Below, one piece after another: positions 13,661 through 24,632 of a stretch of DNA of 32,000 nucleotides. The translations under genes were made by a program, and so were the position numbers. The DNA is taken from the NCBI GenBank assembly GCA_000008885.1, contig BA000021.3, positions 1-32,000 on the forward strand. The letters are read 5' to 3'. Every line of letters starts with the position of its first letter. Within the stretch, counting starts at the first letter, position 1. The notes below the pieces were generated by a model. It made no database searches and was not told the origin of the DNA. It saw nothing but the letters and a program-made list of their open reading frames with translations. Origin of the DNA: Wigglesworthia glossinidia endosymbiont of Glossina brevipalpis (GTDB lineage Bacteria > Pseudomonadota > Gammaproteobacteria > Enterobacterales > Enterobacteriaceae).

Positions 13661-15283
13661 TTAAATAAGTATTCCTACTTTTTTTAGATCTTTATATATT
13701 ATATATTGTTGAATAATAGTAACTAAATTACTTATTATATAATATAAAACTAATCCAGATGGAAACCATAGAAAAAATATAGTAAATATCAATGGCATGA
13801 AAGAAACTATTTTTTTTTGAACTGGATCAGAAATACTTGAAGGTGATATTTTTTGTATCAAAAACATAGTAATTCCCATAATAATTGGTAATATATAATA
13901 TGGATCTTTAGACGATAAATCATTTATCCATAAAACAAAATGAGCATGTCTTAACTCCACTGATCCAGATAGCATATAATATAAAGCTAAAAATATAGGC
14001 ATCTGTATAATTAAAGGCATACATCCTCCTAGTGGATTTACTTTTTGTTTTTTGTATAAAGACATCATTTCTTTACTTTGTCTTTTTTTGTCATTGCTAA
14101 ATTTGTTTTTTATTTCAATAATTTTAGGTTGTAATATTCTCATTTTAGCCATTGAAGTATATTGAGCTTTTGTAAGAGGAAACATGATTCCTCTAACCAT
14201 GAATGTAATAATAATTATTGATATCCCCCAATTATTTATATATTTATATATAAATTTTAAAAGTTGCAACAATGGTTGTGCTATAAACCATAACCAACCG
14301 TAATCAACTGTTAAACCAAGATTTGCATCTACTTCATACATTTTGTCTTGAAGCTTTGGACCTATCCATAAAGTAGATTCTATATTTTTTTCTTCTTCTT
14401 GATCTATAGAAAAAAGTTCAGACTGGAATCCAATTGATACTTTTTCATCTTTTGGAATATTTTTTGTATAGAATTTATATTTATTTTCTATTTTTGGAAT
14501 CCAAGCAACAATAAAATATTGTTGTAGCATAGCAATCCATCCATTTGATGTTATAACATTTAAATTTTTATCATTAGAAATTTCGCTGAAATCATACTTT
14601 TTGTATTTATTATTATCACTTGAATAAGCTGCTCCTCTATATGTATGAAAATTAAAGTTATACCCATTATTAATTTCTTGATCTTTTATTGACTGTTCTA
14701 ATTGTCCAAAAAACATCATTTCCATTTTATCTTTATTTGTATTTTTTATTGAATAATTAATTTTTAATGAAAAGCTATTTTTTTTAAAAATAAAATTTTT
14801 TACATACTTTAATCCATTTTCTCCATTATAAAATAATGGAACCTGAAGATAATCAGAATTATCTTCTAATATATATAATTTTTTATCACTTATAAAATTA
14901 GGAATGTGTATTAAATTATTAATATCATGGTCATTTTTAGTTATAAATCCACTTTTCAGTTTATATATAAAATTTTTAGAACGATCAAGAATTTTAAGAG
15001 GTAAATTATTTTTTGTATTTGACAAATAAGTGCGTAAAGAAGCTTCTTCTATATCTCCTCCATACGTATTTATTTTTAAAATAAAAAGATCTGTGATTAC
15101 AGTTATATAATTTTCTCTTGAAAAAACTTCTTTATTTATATTTTTATTTTCTATGTTTTTTTTTTCTATTATATGATTTTTATCTAAACTTTTATAATCA
15201 TATGATTCTGATTGCCAAGCATCCAACATCATAAATGTTACAAAAATAAAAGCAATAAACAAAAAATTATTTTGTACGACCAT
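13661..15283 (-). CDS. yidC: Membrane protein insertase YidC
   Basis: 540 aa; DYGWLWFIAQPLLQLLKFIYKYINNWGISIIIITFMVRGIMFPLTKAQYTSMAKMR; upstream of rnpA/rpmH in the conserved order. Confidence 0.97.
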   Translation of the reverse strand: MVVQNNFLFIAFIFVTFMMLDAWQSESYDYKSLDKNHIIEKKNIENKNINKEVFSRENYITVITDLFILKINTYGGDIEEASLRTYLSNTKNNLPLKILDRSKNFIYKLKSGFITKNDHDINNLIHIPNFISDKKLYILEDNSDYLQVPLFYNGENGLKYVKNFIFKKNSFSLKINYSIKNTNKDKMEMMFFGQLEQSIKDQEINNGYNFNFHTYRGAAYSSDNNKYKKYDFSEISNDKNLNVITSNGWIAMLQQYFIVAWIPKIENKYKFYTKNIPKDEKVSIGFQSELFSIDQEEEKNIESTLWIGPKLQDKMYEVDANLGLTVDYGWLWFIAQPLLQLLKFIYKYINNWGISIIIITFMVRGIMFPLTKAQYTSMAKMRILQPKIIEIKNKFSNDKKRQSKEMMSLYKKQKVNPLGGCMPLIIQMPIFLALYYMLSGSVELRHAHFVLWINDLSSKDPYYILPIIMGITMFLIQKISPSSISDPVQKKIVSFMPLIFTIFFLWFPSGLVLYYIISNLVTIIQQYIIYKDLKKVGILI

Positions 15284-15295
15284 AATGTAGTTATC

Positions 15296-15559
15296 TCAAC
15301 GATTTATTTTATTTTTTAGTATTATAATTGGTTTTAAAAAAACCGTTTTTAAGTCATAAGGGTGGCATTTTAATAATCTTTTAAATATAAAATAAAAACT
15401 TATTAAAATTCCATTTTTTTTTATTGATCTAATTGCATATTCTGAACATGTTATATTAAATCTACAAGGCTCTCCTAATATGGGACTTAAATAAATTTGA
15501 TAAAATCTTATTATATAAATTTAAAAATGAGATGCTATAAATAGAATTGATTTTCCCAT
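15296..15559 (-). pseudogene. yidD: YidD membrane protein insertion efficiency factor; in-frame TAA at codon 13, or intact only with a non-ATG start at 15520
   Basis: Not in the ORF track. Minus-strand reading: MGKSILFIASHF*IYIIRFYQIYLSPILGEPCRFNITCSEYAIRSIKKNGILISFYFIFKRLLKCHPYDLKTVFLKPIIILKNKINR*. It has the YidD signature RxYQxxxSPxLGxxCRFxxTCSxYA and KRLLKCHP. ATG at 15557-15559 overlaps the rnpA 3' end; the premature TAA is at 15521-15523; the remainder is open from 15520 to 15296. Confidence 0.85.
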
Positions 15560-15855
15560 ATTTTTTGTAGCTTTTTATAAATTAAATTGTTGTTTAATAT
15601 TAATATTTTTCTAGTAGGATTTATTAAAAAATCTATTTTTTTTAAATTTTTTTGGTTTATTCTAAAACTTTCTTTAATTAATCTCTTTATTCTGTTTCTA
15701 TCATGTGCAAAATTTATTTTTTTTTTAGTAAAAAAAAATCCCATCCTAGGATAATCATAAATATTGGACATAAAAAAAATATTTATCCAATCATTATTAA
15801 ATTTATCGTTCTTGTTTAAAATCAAATAGATTTCTTTTGATTTAATTATTCTCAT
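15535..15855 (-). CDS. rnpA: Ribonuclease P protein component
   Basis: 106 aa; PRMGFFFTKKKINFAHDRNRIKRLIKESFR matches the RnpA RNR motif; directly downstream of rpmH. Confidence 0.93.
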   Translation of the reverse strand: MRIIKSKEIYLILNKNDKFNNDWINIFFMSNIYDYPRMGFFFTKKKINFAHDRNRIKRLIKESFRINQKNLKKIDFLINPTRKILILNNNLIYKKLQKIWENQFYL

Positions 15856-15892
15856 TTTTTTTGGTAAAATATTATTTTTTTTTTCATAAATT

Positions 15893-16036
15893 TTATTTAT
15901 CAGATACTGTTAACTTACATCTATTTTTACGCCTTCTATGTGATAGAATTTTTCTTCCAGATTTTGTAGCCATTCTTAAACGAAATCCATGATTTTTTTT
16001 ACGTTTTAATAAAGATGGTTGGAAAGTACGTTTCAT
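15893..16036 (-). CDS. rpmH: 50S ribosomal protein L34
   Basis: Short ORF absent from the supplied track; reverse complement translates to [47 protein letters not shown] (47 aa), a clear L34. Confidence 0.97.
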   Translation of the reverse strand: MKRTFQPSLLKRKKNHGFRLRMATKSGRKILSHRRRKNRCKLTVSDK

Positions 16037-16357
16037 GATTTTTATTTATCCTTATTTAACACTTAAAATAAAAAGATTTAAAAAAATATTATTTATTAAG
16101 TTTAATATTTTTAAAGAAATATTTGATTTAAATTATTTATATTTTATTTTTATTAAATAAAAAATATTAATCTACATATTTTAAACCTTTTATACAATTC
16201 CAATTCTAATAAATAATAACATGAAATTAATTTATTTATTTATATTTAATATAATTAAATTAAAGAAATATATTTTAAAAAAATTAATATTAATTAGGAA
16301 TATTTTAAACTATATTATTAATATAAAAACTTTTTAATTATATTAAGTTATAAAATA

Positions 16358-17467
16358 ATGAAATTTTCCATAAACAGAGAATATATATTATCTGCTTTAC
16401 AACAAATATATTTAGTATCTAAGTACAATACATCTATTCCTATAATAGGAAATATACTTATAACAGTATTAAGAAATAAAAGCATGTTTATAACAGGAAC
16501 AGATTTAGAAACTGAAATAACAAAAAAAATAAAATTAATTTCTGACGTTGAACCTGGGAATACAACAGTATCTACAAAAAAAATTTTAGATATAGTTAAA
16601 AGTTTTCCAAAAGAATCTAGTATAAATTTTTTTTTAAAAAATGAAAAATTATTTATTTTATGCAAAAAAAGTAAATTTGTTTTATGTACACTGCCATATA
16701 AAAATTTTCCAAATTTAAATAATTGGGAAAAAAAATTAAAAATAAGAATATCAAAAAATAAATTAAAGAAATTAATTGAATCCACTTACTTTTCGATAGC
16801 AAACCAAGATATAAGACAATATTTAAATGGAATGTTATTAGAAATAAAAAAAAACAATATAAGATCTGTTTCAACTAATGGTCATAGATTATCAAAATCT
16901 AAAATATTTATAGATAAAAATATTTCTGATGCATATATATTTATTATACCTAGATCAGGGGTTTTTAATTTATTACGTATTTTAAATCAGGAAAGTGATT
17001 TTGTTGAATTAGTAATAGGAGAAAAACATATTAGAATTAACATAGAAAAATATATATTAACAACTAAATTATTAGAAGGAGAATTTCCAGAATATAAAGC
17101 AATTTTCAAAAAAAACTCTTTTAATGTGAATATATTGATAGTAGATTGTTTTATGTTAAAGAATACATTAAAACGTGTTTCTGTTATTTCTGATAAATCT
17201 AAATGTATTAATTTAAATTTAAAAAAAAATTTATTAATAATAAATATAAAAAATTTTAATCAAGAGTTAGCAGAAGAATATTTAGAAGCAGAATATCTTG
17301 GAAAAGAAATGGAAATTAGCTGCAACTCTGATTATATATTAGATGCATTAAATACAATTGAATCAAAAAGAGTAAAAATTTTTGTTACAAATTCTTATTC
17401 TGCTATTATATTAGCAGATGAAATATATAATTATACAAGTCATATAATAATGCCTATGCGTTTGTAA
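16358..17467 (+). CDS. dnaN: DNA polymerase III subunit beta (sliding clamp)
   Basis: 369 aa; MKFSINREYILSALQQIYLVSKYNTSIPIIGNILI; TNGHRLSKS; C-terminal HIIMPMRL. Confidence 0.96.
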   Translation: MKFSINREYILSALQQIYLVSKYNTSIPIIGNILITVLRNKSMFITGTDLETEITKKIKLISDVEPGNTTVSTKKILDIVKSFPKESSINFFLKNEKLFILCKKSKFVLCTLPYKNFPNLNNWEKKLKIRISKNKLKKLIESTYFSIANQDIRQYLNGMLLEIKKNNIRSVSTNGHRLSKSKIFIDKNISDAYIFIIPRSGVFNLLRILNQESDFVELVIGEKHIRINIEKYILTTKLLEGEFPEYKAIFKKNSFNVNILIVDCFMLKNTLKRVSVISDKSKCINLNLKKNLLIINIKNFNQELAEEYLEAEYLGKEMEISCNSDYILDALNTIESKRVKIFVTNSYSAIILADEIYNYTSHIIMPMRL

Positions 17468-17565
17468 AAACAAAATTTTTAATATTTATTAAGTAAAAAA
17501 TTTTTTTAAAGACTTTAAATATAAAAATTATATTAATAATATATATAATTAAAGGAGATTATTGA

Positions 17566-19977
<2,412 letters not shown>

Positions 19978-20027
19978 GAATTAATTTATTTAATATAAAA
20001 ATACTTTTATATATAAAGTTATGTGTT

Positions 20028-20051
20028 TAATTTATTTTATAAAATAAATTA
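20028..20051. repeat. Perfect 24-nt palindrome in the gyrB-lptD spacer
   Basis: TAATTTATTTTATAAAATAAATTA equals its own reverse complement. Confidence 0.6.
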
Positions 20052-20101
20052 TAAGAATATAAAAGTTTATAATTATAAATATATTTAAAGTAAATTTTTT
20101 T

Positions 20102-22273
20102 ATGAAAAAATTAATTAGTAGAATTTATATATTTTATTTTATTATGGCATATAATTCATATGTATTATCTAGCGTAAAAGATTATGATAATAATTTAAAA
20201 TTTAAATCAATTACAAAAGAAAATAAATTAAATAATTTTGATAAAAAAATTTTTTATATTTATTCTAAAAAATCAGAATTTTTATATCCAAGTGATTTTT
20301 TGTTTTCAGGAAATGTAAAAATTTACCAAGGAAATTATTTTTTTTCTTCAGATTATATTAAAATAAATTTAAGAAATAAAAAAAAATTTATTTTTGCAAA
20401 TGGAAACGTTATATACTCTTTTAAAAAAAAATTTGTAGTAAAAGGAGAAAAAGCATTATTTTTTATTAATACAAAAGATGTGGAGATCTATAATATAGAT
20501 TATAATTTTTTTAATAATTCTTTTGCAGGAAAAGCTGATTCTTTTAAAGGAATAAATAACGGCAATTTTGTAATTTTAAAAAATGGATCTTTAAATTTAT
20601 GTTCAAAAAAATGCAATACATGGAATATAACAGGTTCTAAAATAATTTATGATAGAAAAAATGAGATTATAAAAATATGGAATGCAAAATTAAATTTTAA
20701 AAATATTCCAATTTTTTATGTACCCTTTTTCAAGGTATATGAAAAATATAATGATATTTTTTATTCACCAAAAATATCATATAAAAATAATAACGGATTA
20801 TCTTTATCTTTTTATTATAAAAAAATTTTTTTTGATAAATATTTTTTTTATTTTATACCTAAATATAATAGTGATGGTACTATTTTATTAAATAATAAAA
20901 TTTATTATTCAAGTGATTTTGATAAAAAAAAAATAAATTTATATATATTATTTGATATCAAGAAAAATAAAAATAATTGGTTTATAGATTTGAAACAAAA
21001 TTATTTTTTTAATAAAAAATTAGATATATTATATATCTACAAAAAAAGTAATAATTTTATTATTTTTAATAAAATGTTTGATATAGAAAAAAATTTTTTG
21101 CAAAATGAAATTTTAGAAAAATTTAATTTAAAATATTTTTATAATAACTGGAAATTAAAATTAGAATATAAAAAATTTATTATTTTTGATAATAAAAATT
21201 TTAATTATATCAAGTTTCCTCATGTTTATTTTTCTTATTTTGATAATAAAAATAAAAATTTTAAATTTAATTTTGTTGGGAAATTTTCTTATGAAGAAGA
21301 TAAAAAAATATTACATATTAATATAGAACCTTTTTTATCTTTTTTATTTTTAAATCCAAGATTATCTATTTATAATGAGATTAAATTTATAATGACTAAC
21401 TATTATAAATATAATAATTCATTTTACAATATTAAATATAAATATTTTCCTCAAATAAACTCTAGTATTAATTTTTATAATTATATAATACCTTTTAAAA
21501 ATTTTTTTCAGGTTTTTGAATTAAACGCTAAATATATATTTAGTCCGTTTTTGCATGAAAAAGAAAATGAAATAAGTAACTATTATTTTATAAAAATGGA
21601 TTATTTTGGATTATTTAGAGAAAAATTTTATAATAAAATAGGGTATATATATCCAAAAAATCAACTTGCAATAAAATTTACTAATTATATTTATAGAAAA
21701 AATTATAATGATGAATTATTAAAAGTATCTTTTGGAAAGATATTTTATTCTTCTTTATATTTTAAAGAGAATAACCATTTAATTTTTAAAAATTGGTATT
21801 TAATAAGCAATTTATCAATTAATGATAGATTAAAATTTAATAACAATTTTCAAATTTGTGATAATCTTAAAAAGATATTAAAATTTAATATAAATTTAAT
21901 ATATAATAATGATTATCAAAAATATCATATAAAATATTATTTTATAGATAAAAATTTAATGAAAAATATTAATCATGAAAAATCAATATCAAACGATATT
22001 AATAATAAAAATATATCATTATTTAGATTATTTTTTAATACAAAAATAAAAAATAATTTTTATATTTTTGCATATAGTAATTATAATGTTACATACCATA
22101 AATATTTTTATAATTCAATTGGAATTGAATATAATTCGTGTTGTTTAAATTACAAGATTTCGTATGAAAGAAATTTAAATCCAAGCAATGTGAATTATGT
22201 TAATAATAATAAACAATTTTTATTTAGTATAAGTTTTAATCAAGACGTGAATAAATTTTATGATAAAAACTAA
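20102..22273 (+). CDS. lptD: LPS-assembly protein LptD (Imp/OstA)
   Basis: 723 aa; ILKNGSLNLCSKKCNTWNITGSKIIYDRKNEIIKIWNAKLNFKNIPIFYVPFF aligns with the LptD N-domain/barrel boundary; C-terminal YNSCCLNYKISYERN. Confidence 0.92.
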   Translation: MKKLISRIYIFYFIMAYNSYVLSSVKDYDNNLKFKSITKENKLNNFDKKIFYIYSKKSEFLYPSDFLFSGNVKIYQGNYFFSSDYIKINLRNKKKFIFANGNVIYSFKKKFVVKGEKALFFINTKDVEIYNIDYNFFNNSFAGKADSFKGINNGNFVILKNGSLNLCSKKCNTWNITGSKIIYDRKNEIIKIWNAKLNFKNIPIFYVPFFKVYEKYNDIFYSPKISYKNNNGLSLSFYYKKIFFDKYFFYFIPKYNSDGTILLNNKIYYSSDFDKKKINLYILFDIKKNKNNWFIDLKQNYFFNKKLDILYIYKKSNNFIIFNKMFDIEKNFLQNEILEKFNLKYFYNNWKLKLEYKKFIIFDNKNFNYIKFPHVYFSYFDNKNKNFKFNFVGKFSYEEDKKILHINIEPFLSFLFLNPRLSIYNEIKFIMTNYYKYNNSFYNIKYKYFPQINSSINFYNYIIPFKNFFQVFELNAKYIFSPFLHEKENEISNYYFIKMDYFGLFREKFYNKIGYIYPKNQLAIKFTNYIYRKNYNDELLKVSFGKIFYSSLYFKENNHLIFKNWYLISNLSINDRLKFNNNFQICDNLKKILKFNINLIYNNDYQKYHIKYYFIDKNLMKNINHEKSISNDINNKNISLFRLFFNTKIKNNFYIFAYSNYNVTYHKYFYNSIGIEYNSCCLNYKISYERNLNPSNVNYVNNNKQFLFSISFNQDVNKFYDKN

Positions 22274-23618
22274 AAATTTTTATTATAAAAAAATTAATAT
22301 TTATATTTTTCAAATTTTAAATAACTTTTATTTAAATAAAAATTTAGTGTTAAAACATATACTTCTCTTTAAAATTTTTTTTATATCTTTTTGTTTATTT
22401 TTTAACGTTAATAAATCTTATTCTAAAGAAATAGATAAAATAATATCAATAGTAAATAAAAAAGTAATTTTAAAAAGTGATGTAGAAAGAATAATAAGTG
22501 ATAAAAATTTTAACTTTGAAAACTATTTTAATAGTGAAAGCGAATCTCTTAAAAATTTAGTACTAAATAAATTAATTATTGATGAAGTTATTAAAAACAA
22601 ATTAAATGAATATGAAACATTCTTTTCTTCGGATTTGTTATTTAATGTTAATCAAAATATTTTTTTAGAAAAATATATTAATTTAAATAAAAAAAAAAAA
22701 GAAATAACTGATAAATCAATATTAAAATTAGAACCAAATAATTTTTTATATTGGAACATTCAATATGAAAAATTGAAAAAAAAAATATATATTAGTGAAA
22801 AAGAAATAAATTATTTAAGCACAATTTTATTTTTAAAAAATAATAATATAAAAATAAATATTAATCATTATATATTAGAAAATCCAAAAATTTTTTCTAA
22901 AAAAAATATAATAGAATATAAACAAATTGTTAATAATTTGTTTAAATTATTAAAAAATGATAAATTATCAGAAAAATTGATTTTTAAATATTTAAAAAAC
23001 AATAAAATTGTTTTAGGAAATTTTATAGGATGGAATAATTTAATAAAACTTCCAAAATATTTTCGTATTTTTTTATTTGATTTACAAAAAAGAAAAAAAA
23101 TTTTTGGTTTGTTTTTTTTGAATAAAAATTTACATTTATTTCAAATAAAAAATATAAAATATGATAAAAAAATAGAAACAGAAATTAAAATAAAGCATAT
23201 ATTATTAATACCATCAGAAAATAGAGATGAAAATAATACTTATTTTTATTTGAAACAAATAAAAAATCAAATATCTTCTAAAGAAATAAGTTTTTCTAAT
23301 GCTGCTAAAAAATATTCTGAAGATTTATATTCTGCCTTACAAGGAGGTGAAATAGATTATGATTATAAAAAAATATTTGATAATTTTACATTAAATAAAA
23401 TAAATAAAATAAAAAAAGGAGAAATAACTGGTCCAATAAGATCATTGCAAGGTTGGCATTTAGTTAAATTAATGAACATAAAAATAGTTGATAATACATA
23501 CAAAATATATAAAGAAAATGCATATAAAATTTTATTTGAAAAAAAATTATCTGAAGTAATTTATAATTGGTTAGAAAACGAATATAATAATTCATATATA
23601 AATAAAATTTGTTATTAA
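22260..23618 (+). CDS. surA: Periplasmic chaperone / peptidyl-prolyl isomerase SurA
   Basis: 452 aa; KIISIVNKKVILKSDVERI; parvulin domain IKIKHILLIPS...FSNAAKKYSEDLYSALQGGEIDY...GEITGPIRSLQGWHLVKL; overlaps the lptD end by 14 nt; between lptD and pdxA as in E. coli. Confidence 0.9.
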   Translation: MIKTKNFYYKKINIYIFQILNNFYLNKNLVLKHILLFKIFFISFCLFFNVNKSYSKEIDKIISIVNKKVILKSDVERIISDKNFNFENYFNSESESLKNLVLNKLIIDEVIKNKLNEYETFFSSDLLFNVNQNIFLEKYINLNKKKKEITDKSILKLEPNNFLYWNIQYEKLKKKIYISEKEINYLSTILFLKNNNIKININHYILENPKIFSKKNIIEYKQIVNNLFKLLKNDKLSEKLIFKYLKNNKIVLGNFIGWNNLIKLPKYFRIFLFDLQKRKKIFGLFFLNKNLHLFQIKNIKYDKKIETEIKIKHILLIPSENRDENNTYFYLKQIKNQISSKEISFSNAAKKYSEDLYSALQGGEIDYDYKKIFDNFTLNKINKIKKGEITGPIRSLQGWHLVKLMNIKIVDNTYKIYKENAYKILFEKKLSEVIYNWLENEYNNSYINKICY

Positions 23619-23624
23619 TTTAAT

Positions 23625-24623
23625 ATGAATAAAATATCTCGTATTATCATAACTCCAGGAGAACCTGCAGGAATAGGATTTGATCTTGTTGTTTTGATTT
23701 CTCAAAAAATATGGAGATCAGAATTAGTGATATGCTGTGATCCCGATATTCTTGTAAAAAGAGCAAAAGATCATGGAATAAAATTAAAATTACATTTTTA
23801 TAATAAAAATTTATCCCCTAAGGTTAGGGAAAAGGGAGAACTTACAATAATTCCAATAAAAGTAAATTCTAATGTTACAAGGGGAATTTTAAACATAAAT
23901 AACAGTTATTATGTAATTAATACTTTGACTAGAGCATGTTTAGGGTGTATAAATAAAGAATTTTCTGCATTAGTTACTGGACCTGTTCACAAAGGGATTA
24001 TAAAAGATAGCGGAATAAAATTTATTGGACATACAGAATTTTTAGCAGGATTTAGCTTATGCAAAAATCCTGTAATGATGTTAATGTATAATTCGTTAAG
24101 AATTGCATTAGCAACAAATCATATACCAATTAAAGACATATCAAAATGCATTAATTTTAATTTAATTAGAAAAAAATTAATTGTTATATTCAATTCATTA
24201 AGGAACATATTTAAAATTAATAATCCATGTATATATGTATGTGGTCTGAACCCTCATGCTGGAGAATCAGGTCATATTGGAACAGAAGAAATTAATATAA
24301 TCCAACCAGCAATATCATCATTAAAATATTTACCATGTAAAATAATAGGTCCTATTTCAGCTGATAGTATTTTTCAACAAAAATATCTTAAAGATGCAGA
24401 TGCTATTTTAGCCATGTACCATGATCAAGGTCTACCTATGATTAAATACATCGGTTTTAGAAAATCTGTTAATATAACTTTAGGTTTGCCTTTTATTAGG
24501 ACATCGGTGGATCATGGAACTGCTTTAAACATAAAAAACTTAAATGAAATTAGTAGTAAAAGTATGGAGAAAGCTATTTCTTTAGCAATTGATATAAGTC
24601 AAGATAACTCAATAAAAAAATAA
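23625..24623 (+). CDS. pdxA: 4-hydroxythreonine-4-phosphate dehydrogenase
   Basis: 332 aa; ITPGEPAGIGFDLVV; GHTEF; VCGLNPHAGESGHIGTEE; MYHDQGLPMIKYIGF; NITLGLPFIRTSVDHGTAL. Confidence 0.97.
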   Translation: MNKISRIIITPGEPAGIGFDLVVLISQKIWRSELVICCDPDILVKRAKDHGIKLKLHFYNKNLSPKVREKGELTIIPIKVNSNVTRGILNINNSYYVINTLTRACLGCINKEFSALVTGPVHKGIIKDSGIKFIGHTEFLAGFSLCKNPVMMLMYNSLRIALATNHIPIKDISKCINFNLIRKKLIVIFNSLRNIFKINNPCIYVCGLNPHAGESGHIGTEEINIIQPAISSLKYLPCKIIGPISADSIFQQKYLKDADAILAMYHDQGLPMIKYIGFRKSVNITLGLPFIRTSVDHGTALNIKNLNEISSKSMEKAISLAIDISQDNSIKK

Positions 24624-24632
24624 ATATTTAAA

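Noticed and set aside
16221-16337. 38-aa ORF MKLIYLFIFNIIKLKKYILKKLILIRNILNYIINIKTF in the rpmH-dnaN spacer, considered as a dnaA relic or small protein
   Set aside because: Composition is entirely low-complexity I/L/K/N/Y as expected from random AT-rich DNA, with no DnaA motif.
16348-16785. Opposite-strand and out-of-frame ORFs in the track (e.g. 1873-2064 -, 2517-2741 -, 3354-3800 -, 4631-4825 -, 8817-9011 -, 9476-9664 -, 12650-12868 +, 16348-16785 -, 16653-16874 -, 27099-27422 +, 29496-29891 +, 30696-30956 +)
   Set aside because: All lie antisense to, or out of frame within, confidently identified genes. They are rich in F/L/I or show mirrored composition, as expected of shadow ORFs.
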